Source: the human T2T-CHM13v2.0 reference genome, Homo sapiens. From it: a stretch of DNA of 64,000 nt. The position numbers were made by a program, and so were the translations under genes. Shown here piece by piece: positions 27,440 to 39,130 of this stretch (position 1 is the first letter of the stretch; each line of letters starts with the position of its first letter). The stretch lies in NCBI RefSeq assembly GCF_009914755.1, contig NC_060926.1; one strand, given 5' to 3'. A model generated the notes under the pieces. The model saw nothing but the letters and a program-made list of their open reading frames with translations, did not search any database and was not told where the DNA came from.

Positions 27440-28130
27440 GAAATAAGGGATTGGGGCACAGACATAAGAGGTCAGGGTGCAGAAATAAGGGATTGGGGCA
27501 CAGAGATAAGAGGTTGGGGTGTGGAAATAAGGGATTGGGGCACAGAGATAAGAGGTTGGGATGTGGTAATAAGCGATTGGGGGGTTCTTGCCCCCTAGGA
27601 AAGCGGGACTTGCTACTAAGGGTGAAGGAGAAGGGGCTGAGGGGTACTTGCCCCTGCCCCAGAAAAGCAGGACTTGCCACTAAGGGTGAAGGAGAAGGGG
27701 TTGAGGGGTACTTGCCCCTGCCCCAGAAAAGCAGGACTTGCCACTAAGGGTGAAGGAGAAGGGGTTGAGGGGTACTTGCCCCTCCCCCAGAAAAGCAGGA
27801 CTTGCCACTAAGGGTGAAGGAGAAGGGGTTGAGGGGTACTTGCCCCTGCCCCAGAAAAGCAGGACTTGCCACTAAGGGTGAAGGAGAAGGGGTTGAGGGG
27901 TACTTGCCCCTCCCCCAGAAAAGCAGGACTTGCCACTAAGGGTGAAGGAGAAGGGGTTGAGGGGTACTTGCCCCTCTCCCAGAAAAGCAGAGAAGGGGTA
28001 GAGACAAGGAGAGAAGGGGTTGGGGTACTTGCCCTTCCCCAGAAAAGCAGAGAAGGGGTAGAGACAAGGAGAGAAGGGGTTGGGGTACTTGCCCTTCCCC
28101 AGAAAAGCAGGACTTGCCGCTAAGGGTGAA
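27440..28130. repeat. Tandem arrays in the HERV-H leader: 42 bp x3, 64 bp x6, 60 bp x2
   Basis: aaataaggga at 27441/27483/27525; 64-bp units start at 27601, 27665, 27729, 27793, 27857, 27921; 60-bp units at 27985 and 28045. Confidence 0.93.
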
Positions 28131-28547
28131 GGACCAAGGCAGGCGTCCCTGCGTGGTCTGACACCCTTGAAACATGAGTGTATAATCAGAGGCGTCCCTG
28201 CAATGATTAAACACCAAGGGAAGGCTGCCTTCCCAGTCCATGACCGGCGCCAGAGTTTTGGGTCCACGGATAAAACGTGTCTCCTTTGTCTCTACCAGAA
28301 AATGAAAGGAATTGAAATTAAGAGAAGGGAGAAATTGAAGTGTGGCACCAAGATTGAAAGGAGAAAGAGGTTGAGGGATAGTGAGGGAGGTTGGAGAAGA
28401 GAGTAAAAAGAGGCCGCTTGCCGGATTTGAAATTGGTGAGATGTTTCTTGGGCTGGTCACTCTGAGGACCTGAGGTCGTAGGTGGATCTTTCTCATGGAG
28501 CAAAGAACAGGAGGACAGGGGATTGATCTCCCAAGGGAGGTCCCCCG

Positions 28548-28565
28548 ATCCGAGTCACGGCACCA
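28548..28565 (-). other. Primer binding site, tRNA-His
   Basis: TGGTGCCGTGACTCGGAT, 18/18 complementary to the tRNA-His 3' end, 2 nt after the 5' LTR. Confidence 0.97.
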
Positions 28566-28567
28566 AA

Positions 28568-29022
28568 TCTCACGCGCGTCCGTATGAAGAGACCACCAAA
28601 CAGGCTTTGTGTGAGTAACATGGCTGTTTATTTCACCTGGGTGCAGGCGGGCTGAGTCCGAAAAGAGAGTCAGTGAAGGGAGACAAGGGTGGGGCCATTT
28701 TATAGGATTTGGGTAGGTAAAGGAAAATTACAGTCAAAGGGGGTTTGTTCTCTGGCGGGCAGGAGTGGGGGTTGCAAGGTGCTCAGTGGGGGAGCTTTTT
28801 GAGCCAGGATGAGCCAGGAAAAGGACTTTCACAAGGTAATGTCATCAGTTAAGGCAAGGACCGGCCATTTACACTTCTTTTGTGGTGGAATGTCATCAGT
28901 TAAGGTGGGGCAGGGCATATTCACTTCTTTTGTGATTCTTCAGTTACTTCAAGCCATCTGGGCGTATATACGTGCAAGTCACAGAGGATGCGATGGCTTG
29001 GCTTGGGCTCAGAAGCCTGACA
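28568..29022 (-). promoter_or_regulatory. 5' LTR7 (455 bp), promoter/enhancer
   Basis: Adjacent to the PBS; TATA ctataaaa at 28698-28705 (minus); two ACAAAAGA motifs. Confidence 0.95.
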
Positions 29023-29184
29023 GCTTCCATTGTTTTTGGGATAAATCCAAGCCTCTGATATACAAGTGTCCTTTACAATCTGTCTCCTGACCACTTTCCC
29101 AGCTTTATTTCCCCTCCCCTCTACAAGGTATCTTCACTCTCACACTTCATACTTCCTGGGCTTACTGGAGTGGATGCTGTCCTA

Positions 29185-29600
29185 TGGCCCAGATGCACTT
29201 TTAGGACCGACACATTCATTCCCCGGCTGCTGGGATTGTTGGTGGCGGACAGCGTACAGGGAAATCCTTCCCCAAGAATTGTCCCCAGCCAAAGGAAGAA
29301 ACCTGCCTAGCTTAAAGCAATACCTTTTGGGGCAGGAGGCGGGGAAAGATAGGAATTGAAACTTATGAAGGCTCCGTGTGTCAAAGCCTGGTCCTTGCTC
29401 TAAGCAGGACAGTGTTGCAGGCTGCCCCACCCCCAGAGCTTCCTGTTGAGATTGGCTTGCATTGCGACTAATCATGGTTCACATGCTCCCTCTGTGCAAC
29501 CTTACTCGGTGATCCCGGGGGAAATTCCTCAAGAAATGTATTTGCATGCAAATCTCCATTTCAAAGATCTGTGCCCTGGGAAACCCAGCTGAAGTCACTT
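29185..29600. mobile_element. LTR16-like (ERVL) solo LTR
   Basis: cacattcattccccggctgctggg...tgcatgcaaatctccatttcaaag...ctgggaaaccca. Confidence 0.6.
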
Positions 29601-32600
29601 AGGATTTCTATATTATTATATAGTGCACCTTTTCACTACTAGGTTTCTAGATGGCCTTTATCTGGGCTGCTCTTCTCCCACTCTGCCTGTTTTCTTTAAG
29701 GATCTTCTCAATTCTTTCCTGTTCCCTCTAGAAAGAGTTGAGCAATGCTCCTTGTGCACAGCTGCACTCTGTACATGCCGCAGGTAATCATCTGATTGCC
29801 TGCTTTTCTGCCTTTCCTAGATTACATTTCTTTAGGACAGAAACTACTTAGTTTCTTCTCTGTATCCCTTGTGCTAAGACTAATGCCTATCACAGAATAA
29901 TTTTTCAATAAATATTTGCCACCTAATTAAATGAATGAATGAGCCTCCAGCTGAAAGAGTTCAAGCCTTGGGAGATAAAAGCCATGCAGCTTAGGAGGAC
30001 AGAGCAGAAATCTGCTGTCTGTTTAGGCAAATAAATTCATTGACTAATCAATTGGACTTGAAGGATTCGTAAATACCTCAATAATGAGGAAGTAATGTAA
30101 ATGGAGATTTAGCTTTGGTTGAGTGGGAGCATGAATTAGTGGTCCATCTTTTTAGTAGCCAGACAGGTTGAAAGTATGGTTGATTTTTATTTGAATGAAT
30201 TTATTGATTCCATTATTGATTTTAATGGTGATGCCAGTCATTGTGCTAAGTTTTACATAAGGTGAAAACTAAACCTAATTAAGGCCCTGCGAGCATGAAC
30301 TGAATAAACTGCAATACGAGGTTGAGTGATAAGTACCACAGGAGAAGAACATGTGAAAGTTTACAAACTGAGAGATCTCATCAGGCAAGTGACAATCCTA
30401 TCCAAGGCTTAAAATAGGAACCAGGCCAGCCCTCCCTTGCAGTGCAGGATTCAGACTGAGAGTCTCTGATTGGTAAGTACTGTGCTATGTCTTGCATTAG
30501 AGGTTGTCGGATCAGCACAGTAATTCATCTCAGGTAGTGCCTGAAGAGCTAACAGGCATTGATCAAGACACTGAAAGCTCAGCTAATGAAAGGTGCTAGC
30601 CACTGGTGCAATGGAAGCTCCTGCAGAATGCTTTGCTTTGGCCAGGGTGAGCTTAGATTGAATTTGTAGGTATAGAGCTGTTTCTCAAGGACAGCTCATG
30701 GACCATGTCAACTGTATTGTTAAATCAAAATCTCTAGGAGGTTTGAGCACTAAATCTACATTTTAACAAGTTCCTGGTTATTTTATCCATACTGAGTTTA
30801 AGAATTAAGAATTTTTGGTGTGGGGACTTGGTGAATTGGAAAGCAGGAACAGCTTCTTTCTCTTCCTGGTGTGTGCGCATTCCTGAGTGTGTGTGTTCAT
30901 GTGTGTGTATTTAAGAACAGTAATGGGGGCGTTGAAGAGGTTGGAAGAAAGCCATTAGAACAGCATATAATTGATTTCAAGTACTATTGTATTAAATATC
31001 AACAAAACAGCTTTAGGCTTTTGTTTGAGTTTAATGTTTGGTCTTCCTAATATAGTAGATTAATTATTTCAATAAAACAATAAAATTTCTATGAGAGGGT
31101 AAATGGCATAACAATACACTCCTTCTCAAGTGCAGAACTTGAAAACACCATTCCCAAGCAGAATATAAATGCATTTTTTGGTGTATTATTCTCTGATATT
31201 TCCTCTTTTGAATAGCAGAGAAAGAAGTATGTGTGTGGCACTGTGGTTAAATATGGAATGCAGGCTCTAAAGGATTCCTTTTCCTCTGAAAGTCTTAACA
31301 GGCGCCTCACCTTTCTCTGGTTTTCCTTCTAGTCTCATGCAAAGACTAAACAACAACAATCAACTCGATAAAATAGTGTCCATAGGCCAGCTTAGGTTAG
31401 GCTGGTTGCATGGAAAGAATGTGACTGGGAATTCATATCCTAGAGTCAAGCCAGAAACTTAATGATTAAACAAATCACTTCCTTGAACGCAGTCTTTTTC
31501 CAAGGTTCTGTTAGCCATACTCTCAGGAAGCTGTGAAGTAGGGAGATCTACGTGGGGGTCTCTTTGTACTGAGACTCATCAGCATCTCGGAAAGCAGAAG
31601 GGCCTGAATTATTGCAGGCACAAGTGGGAGGCTGGGACAGCATTTCTGACTTCCTGGTGAGTTCTAATTTTCTTCTGAAATCACGGAGCTCCAGTAACTG
31701 CGGTCTCCCACAGGTTCATTTCTTGTCAGTATTGTTTGCATGAGTAAAATATCACCACTACATCCAGCCCAAAGGACCCGGTTACTTTAGTGGGTGGATG
31801 TCACAATCCAGAGAGGAACAAAGGGGGTTTCTATCTGCTCGCTGAGTGGCAGGGCAGAGGCAAGGCAGGTGCACAGAGATGAGGTCTAAAAGACTTCCTA
31901 AAATTGTGAGGCCACCCACTTGACTTTCGCTGTGGTAGTCCTACCAGATTGCAAGACCAATGCAGGTTCCTAGTGCTCTTAGGGCAATGGGACACCAGGC
32001 TACTTCCTGGGCTGAGACAGAGAGGCAGTTCTCAAGTACAAGGCACCGAGGATGCTCACATTTATTCTTGAAGCTCTTTCTTTCCATGGCTTGTGCCTTG
32101 GTACAAAAGCTCTGTAAAAGAGCAGATCAGGGACATTTGGTACGGGTCTGTGCAGGGACTCTGACACCACCACCAGCAGTGGTCACAGGTAAGCAGGGCT
32201 GCATCAGGGTATGAAGCCCAGCCCAAACGGAGGCAGTGATAGGAGCCTTGCTGGTTTCTGTGACTTCAAGAACAGAGCTGCAGTTCTTTATATATGTGCA
32301 GTCAGAAACGAGGCTGAGTCTGGTGGGGCAGGATTGCAGGGAGTTCCATTGTGTTGGAGATGGGAAGGCAGGTGAGGGCTGATAGCTGAGCAGGACAGAC
32401 AAGTGCAAGAGGAAATCAAGAGAGGGCATGAACCCTTCAGACTCCCATGGTCAGGAAAGGCTTCCCAGAGAAGAAGGCTAAATCTTGAACCCATAGGACA
32501 GGAGGGGTATCCAGAAATAAGGGGGGCAGCCTCAGACATTTGTGTGTCTTCAACACTAGCCTGTCAGCTTCCTGAGGTCAGGGGCCATGCCTGGCCCACC

Positions 32601-33335
32601 TGGGATATCCCACAACCAGTGCTAGGAGGGACTGGCCAGTAGGGGTCCAGAAAGTGTCTGCTGCAGGAATAAATGAGAAATAGAAAGAGGCTGGAGGAAA
32701 TTGCTAGGACATCCCTAGCCTGAAGGGTTCACCTAATTGCACTGCTTAAGCCAAGATAGACAGGCAAGGTCCACTTTCACCAGAGTCAGATCTAAACTCC
32801 TTCTGGAAAAACTGGGAACTTGGTTCACAGGCAGAGAAGTTACACCTGCTTAGTGGAAGCTGAAGAGGTCACGGTCTGCTCCAAGAAAGATGTGGGATGG
32901 AGGCCCAGGGAGAAGGGAGGAGACCCCTACTGCAAGGAGCAGGGAGGACTTGAGTGTATGGAGTGACCACTCAGGAGAAAGTCCAAAGGCTGCCACCAGG
33001 ACCCCCGGGGTCCAGTGGCCACCAGACCCTCCTTGTAGATGTTCCCTTCTCAAATAATCTCTTGTCTTCCATCTCCCATTTCTAGACTTTGCAAATAAAA
33101 AGTCAAGGGATTTTAGGAGAGAGTTCACCGGACAGTTTTAAAGATAATTAGAGGCTCAGATATGACCTGCAGAAAAGATTGGGGGCAGTAAAATCTCTCC
33201 TCAAGGAGCACTAAGGAGAGAGTCAATGTATTAATAATAAATAACACTTACTCAGGCCTTACCATGAAGCAGGCTCTCATCTAAATTCTACACATCATTT
33301 CATCTCCAATGGATTTTAAAGTGGAGATGATTGTG

Positions 33336-33767
33336 TGTTGTGGGTTGAACTAAGCTCCCCTTGACTCTTGCAATTTGTATGTTGGAGTCCTAACCTCCAA
33401 TACGTCAGAGTGTGACCATATTTGGAGATAGGGTCTCTACAGGGATGGCCAAATTCAAAGGAGGGCATCAGGATGGGCCCTAATATACTGTGACTGATGT
33501 TTCTTTGAAAAGGGGAAATTTGGAGACAGACATACACAAGGAAAATTATGTGAAAAATACAGGGAGAAGATGTCGAAGACACAGGAGAAGACAAGCCAGG
33601 GAGAGGGGCTTAGAGCAGATTCTCCCTTGCAGCCTCAGAAGGAATCAGTCCTGGTCACACCTTGATCTCAGACTTCTGGCCTCCAGAATGGTGAGACAAT
33701 AATTTCTGTTATTTAAGCCACATGGTCTGGGGTACTTTGTAATAACAACTCTAGCAAATAAATACAG
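33336..33767 (+). mobile_element. MLT1B-like LTR
   Basis: tgttgtgggttgaac...tatttggagatagggtctctac...ctggcctccagaatggtgagacaat...ctagcaaataaataca. Confidence 0.85.
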
Positions 33768-33949
33768 TGTTGAATAGTCTTATTTTACAGATGAGTAAGC
33801 TGAGGCTCAAAAGGCTAAGTAACTCATCCTCCATCACAGCAAATCAATGGCAGAATCTGGATTCAAACTTAAGTCAACTGACTGTACAGTCCATCACACA
33901 TTGCAGCCCCTTGGTTGTTATGGAGACTTGAGAAGTAGATAATGACAAC

Positions 33950-34299
33950 TGATATGTTTTGGCCATGTCCCCACCCAAATCTCATCTTGAATTCCCATGT
34001 GTTGTGGGAGGGACCCAGTGGGCGGTAATCGAATCAGGGGGCAGGTCTTTCCTGTGCTGCTCTCATGAGAGTGAATAAATCTCATGAGATCTGACAGTTT
34101 TAAAAAGGGGAGTTTCCCTGCGCAAGCTCTCTTCTCTTGTCTGCCACCATCTGAGATGTACCTTTCACCTTCCGCCATTATTGTGAGGCCTCCCCAGCCA
34201 CATGGCGCAGTAAGTCCAATAAACCTTTTTTTTTTTTTTTTTTCCAATTGCCCAGTCTTGGGTATGCCTTTATCAGCAGAGTGAAAATGGACTAATACA
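33950..34299 (+). mobile_element. THE1A/B solo LTR
   Basis: tgatatgttttggccatgtccccacccaaatctcatcttgaa...aatggactaataca; flanks acaac/aaaac. Confidence 0.92.
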
Positions 34300-35880
34300 A
34301 AAACCTAGGTGAATCTGCATGAAGTCTTAACGAGGAGACCAGTGAACACCCTTAGATGGAGGTGAACTATGAGGGAGGAGAAACTCCATGCATATGGATT
34401 GTCAAACATCAGCACTAGGGAAGTTGCAAAATTCGCACCCTTTCAAATAAAAGTTACAAAATGAGATAAACAAATGAAACACTGTCACATCTTGCAGAAA
34501 GAGAGGGGGATGAATAGGATGGTCTCCTCTAGGGGCCATTCAGCTCTGGCTTGTCCTGGCCTAGCAAAGAGCAAGGGGGCCTGGGAAGTGACATCTGGAA
34601 GCCAGGAGCCTGGGGGTGGGGAGGGAACTCGGGGGGGAATCTCCTCCATTACCCAGCCTGGGGCCTTGCCACATACTTACAGGAAGAGGCTCGACTCTGT
34701 CGCAGGCCAGTGAATACCATCCAGGAAGCCTAAGGGCTTGATTTTGTTGTTTTTTCCTTGATTCCTAATCTTGGTTTCTTATTCTGTGCTTTATAATACT
34801 TTTATCTATAATAATTACAGATTAATACGGTAATTAGAGTCTTTAAGTTACCTTTATTTTATATTTTTCATAGCAACAATACCAATAAGAATTGTTGTTT
34901 TCTAATTCTATTATTCACCTATTAGCTGGCTTTCTTTGCTAAAGAACTTCTTCCCCTCCACACTTTTTATTTTTCTGCCCTGTCTGTCTTATTAATATTT
35001 TGAATATTGCTATGGGCTCATGCATTTTTATGCATTCAATATGTCAATTACCATCGTCTTCCTTTTTCAAGCTCCAGTGTCCCAAGTTAGGACATCCAGA
35101 GCCCTTCCCTCCAGTTTCAATGTCCTTTGACATCATCCCCTTAGACACTGAGTGCTCTGAGAGCCCCCTTGCTTTCTGGCTTTGAGGAACACACAGTCTT
35201 CAGCACAATTACTCAGGCCTGCATTGCAGCACGGAAGAAGACATAGGAAAAGTCTAGCTGAATGGCCGTGGCTGTGTTATTATAAAACTTTATTCACCAG
35301 AAGAGCCTTGGCCCTTGGCATGGTTCACCACTCTTGCTCTAAACAAGTCCTCATCCAGTATCTTTTCTCCTTTTGTTGTGAATCATGTTTTGGTGCCATG
35401 AGAAAGGGATGCTACCATGAAATCACAGTGCATTCAGACTGCCCCCAACCACGTCACTAGTTTTCCAGCAGTACACTTGGTTATATCTAACAGCAGAATA
35501 GCAGGATGTTATGAAAAGAACACAATATTCAGAGAAGGCCTGGGGTTAAGGCCCTACAAGGTCATCCTCCAGGTGTGTGATCTGGACACACCTTGCTACC
35601 TTGCAGAGAGGGTGGGAAGTTTGAATTAGAAAAGTGGCTTGTGCATTACACAGAGAGACGATCATGTTCTGCCAGTTCTTATCATCGCTACCATGTTGGT
35701 GATGGGGCTAAGCAAAACAGAAGACTAGACAGGAAAAGTCATGTTCAGAAATATGACTTTTTATAGTGGAGATGATTGTGTGTGTGGGTTGAACTAAGCT
35801 CCTCTCAACCCTTGCAATTTGTATGTTGGACTCCTAAGATATAAATTACAGTTCTCCCACTGAGAATAGAGAATTTATCC

Positions 35881-35885
35881 TCTCT

Positions 35886-35935
<50 letters not shown>
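35881..35935. repeat. (TC)n(TG)n microsatellite
   Basis: Read directly from the sequence. Confidence 0.95.
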
Positions 35936-35937
<2 letters not shown>

Positions 35938-38542
35938 TGTTCTTCAATGTCCAATAATTGTGTCCAGGGAAAATAGAGAAGTACAAATGTCAGACTCTCA
36001 AAAAATAACAGAGTAAGGGTTCTAGGTTGTAAATGCCTCAGTTCAAATCTTGGCATTAGTGCTTGCTTCTGGGTAAAATTGAGTATATTTCTCATTCTCT
36101 CCTTGCCTTCAGATTTCTCATCCATATTCTGAATATTAAAAGCACCTATTTTATAACTTTGTAGTAAAGGAAATATCCACATAAAGCATGTAGCAGAGTG
36201 TAAATCCTCATCCCTCTTCTAAAAGAGGCAGTTTGGGCATAGGGTGGCAGGAAGAAGGGAGAGGTTCTTTACGGAGTGTGTGATCCGCATGAGATGGCAT
36301 GCCGAGTGCCATCTTTGCATGGCTTTATTTTTACTTTTAAAGATGAGAAAGCTAAAATGGAATGTCTAAAAGAGTATACAGGTCCTAAAGCCACACAGCC
36401 AGGGTGATGGAAATATGATATGATTCAAATCCAGACTCAGCGGCCCTAAATACTGTGCTTCAATCTTTAAAACCCAAAATACATGTGGACCAATGTTTGG
36501 AGCAACAAGAGGCTGTGCCTTTCTACATTGTCTAACTTTAGGGAGAGAAGCCTTCAAGACACGGAGAGACCTGGCCCCATGGAGAGAAAGAGCGATTCAC
36601 ACCTAGGAAGGTATAGTGTAGCCAGCAGTGCTCAGGAGACAGCACCAGATTTTTGCTGGTGAGAGACTTTTGATTCCTTTTCCCTTTGGGGCTCAAAGCT
36701 TTGATAAATACAAACTCTCAGGACTAGACATCATTGCCTGTGGTAGTTCCATGTTTTATATTCACCTAAACATTATACTAGCTTCAAGCCTCTATTATTT
36801 GGTTGGAAAGGCAAATCTGGATTTAGTAAAAGACAAGTCAAACCCTTATATTCACTTTTGGTCATTTGCGCATCAGTGAAAACAATGAATAGAACTTCTA
36901 ATGGTAAAACCCTTCGATGAAGCACAAATATTTATTCTGGGCTGAGTCATATCTCAGGAAAGCAGGCCTGTCATATCTGAAAACTGCCCCTGCCCAACTG
37001 TGAGTTCCAGGATTGCACCCACTTCATTCTTGAGCAATTAAGGGCAAAGACTATCTGCCCTGACTGTGGCCTCTTTCCATAGTCCTCAGCACTTAGAGGG
37101 GCTCAGCAGATCTTTATGGAATGATGAAATGATTTCCTAGTCACTGTGGTTTGATTATCCTTCAGCAGCAGGTCATTAGGGTTACAAATATCTAAAAGGA
37201 CAAGATTGAATGGACAGTCTTTAGCACTATTATATTCCTAAAATTTCTATTTTTCATTATTACTATTCATAACCATTTTTAAAAGTACAAATGAGACTCA
37301 AATGACAGTCAAATGCCTGCTACTTAATAATTTCTTCTTAGAGCCCACGATTGCTCCAGAAGGCTCTAAGATAATTAATGTACCCACTTGGCCATTTCTC
37401 CTTCAGCCTCCTCCTTATCCCAGGCCCATCTCCTCCCTACCATCACCTCCCTGCAGGCCAGTGTAGCACGAGCACACAGAACACAGCACGTGGCACATAG
37501 AACACAGCACACAGCACACACTATTCAGCAGAAGCTTCCCTGACTGTTCCTTCCAGACACCAGTTAGGGGCTGAATCTCCACTGCCAGGGAGGAGCAACC
37601 AATTACTGTGGAAATGAGCAGACTCAGTGGCTTCTCTGAGAAAACCTTTATAGTTATGAACAAGACAATGGCAATTACATAACGTTGGTCGCTTTTAATC
37701 AGTCTTGTTTGTGTGAAAGAAACCCTGAAATAGTTGAGCTGTGACAGCTTCTGGCAGGCAGTAGGCTACATGGCTTTCCAATAGCTATTTGGTTAATTAA
37801 AAGCGTTTCAGGCATTTCTTCATCTCCTCTAAATAGCTTAGGTCACTAAGAGGAGGGATTAGGCCACTCCAGTTCCATTTCGCACCACATCTTTCCGACT
37901 TACGTTACAGACCGCTTAGATACTGTAGGCCAACCAATCTTCAGGAAGGTTCAAAATCAGAGGGAGAAAAATGCACAGAGAAGCTAGTTTAGGAAATCAG
38001 ATAATTAACTTTAAATCCTAACACCAGTTGAATTAGAAAAGACAAGACACGTATTTAAAATTTTTTAAAGTTAACCCATTTCAAAGGCACTCTTGTAGAT
38101 GTCAGGAACATCACTGGTTTCCTTTGTTCCAAGGGGTAAGGAGATATTCGTGTTGACAGAACCTTGAGCATTGCTGAGCACAGAGCATCTCAGATTTATC
38201 AGAAGTACAGCCAGTGATCAGAGCTCCCTGTGTGTGGAGGCCATACTGATTTTGATTGGCACAAATGATTCCTCATTATTGTGGTAGTCAATAAGAAAAA
38301 TGTTAAACATAATAAAACTCAAATAATCTTACATTTTTAGTACAAATGAGATTATAGTCCTCCTTTTAGTTGCTTATCATTTTTTAGCAAAACAACAAGT
38401 TGTCTTATTTACCTTTCAAATAATTAAAAAAATTTCAGTCTGCATTGAATGAGAATACTTCAAAATTATGGCTCATCAAATCATTCATTAGTCCTTGTAG
38501 ATTGATTTACTGCCTACCCTCAATGTGTCAGGTACTAGCCTA

Positions 38543-38611
38543 TTAGGTTGGTGCAAAATAATTGCGGTTTTTGCCAAAGGTAAAACTGCAATCACTTTTG
38601 CACCAACCTAA
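38543..38611. mobile_element. MADE1 (Hsmar1 MITE)
   Basis: ttaggttggtgcaaaa...ttttgcaccaacctaa palindrome with TA on both sides. Confidence 0.95.
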
Positions 38612-38814
38612 TAGAAGAAAAGAAGGCTACAAAATATAGTTTTACAACATCCCTGCCCACAAGGACTCCATAAGCTAGTCAGGAACCCAATAATTTTACC
38701 AGGTGTTGATTGCTTCCTATTTGTGGGAAGCAGAGGAAATAGACTGACAGCTGTCTATTGTTCTTAAGCAAGATAAAATATACCAATGTCTTGGCATCCC
38801 TTTAAGAGGGTAAT

Positions 38815-39130
38815 TAATACCAGCTAGCTGCTGTAACAACTACCATATCTGCATGGCTTAACACAGTAAAGGTTTATTTATTTTCACTCAAAGTCCCTAC
38901 AGGTCAAGTGGCTCTCCTCCATTGTGTAGCCACAGCATCTGGAAAATCTGGAATCCAAGGGTTCAGTGGTAGAACAAAAAGATGGTAGAGGAAGTACAGG
39001 CCTGAAAGTGATATACATCATTTCCCCTCTCATTCCACTGAACAGAACAGAGTTATACGGCCCCAACCTAACTGCAAGGAAGACTAGGAAACGTACTTTT
39101 TCTGAGACCCCGGGAAAAGTCACAATATAG
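38815..39130. mobile_element. Old MLT1 LTR fragment
   Basis: ctagctgctgtaacaa...atggcttaacaca; ccccaacctaactgcaaggaagactaggaaa. Confidence 0.65.

Larger units (their letters stand above)
22883..29022 (-). mobile_element. HERV-H provirus (LTR7-HERVH-int-LTR7), about 6.1 kb, common env-deleted form
   Basis: Two LTR7s; perfect TSD GCTTC at 22878-22882 and 29023-29027; PBS-His; PPT; gag zinc knuckle, protease and pol remnants; inserted into an L2 fragment. Confidence 0.98.
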
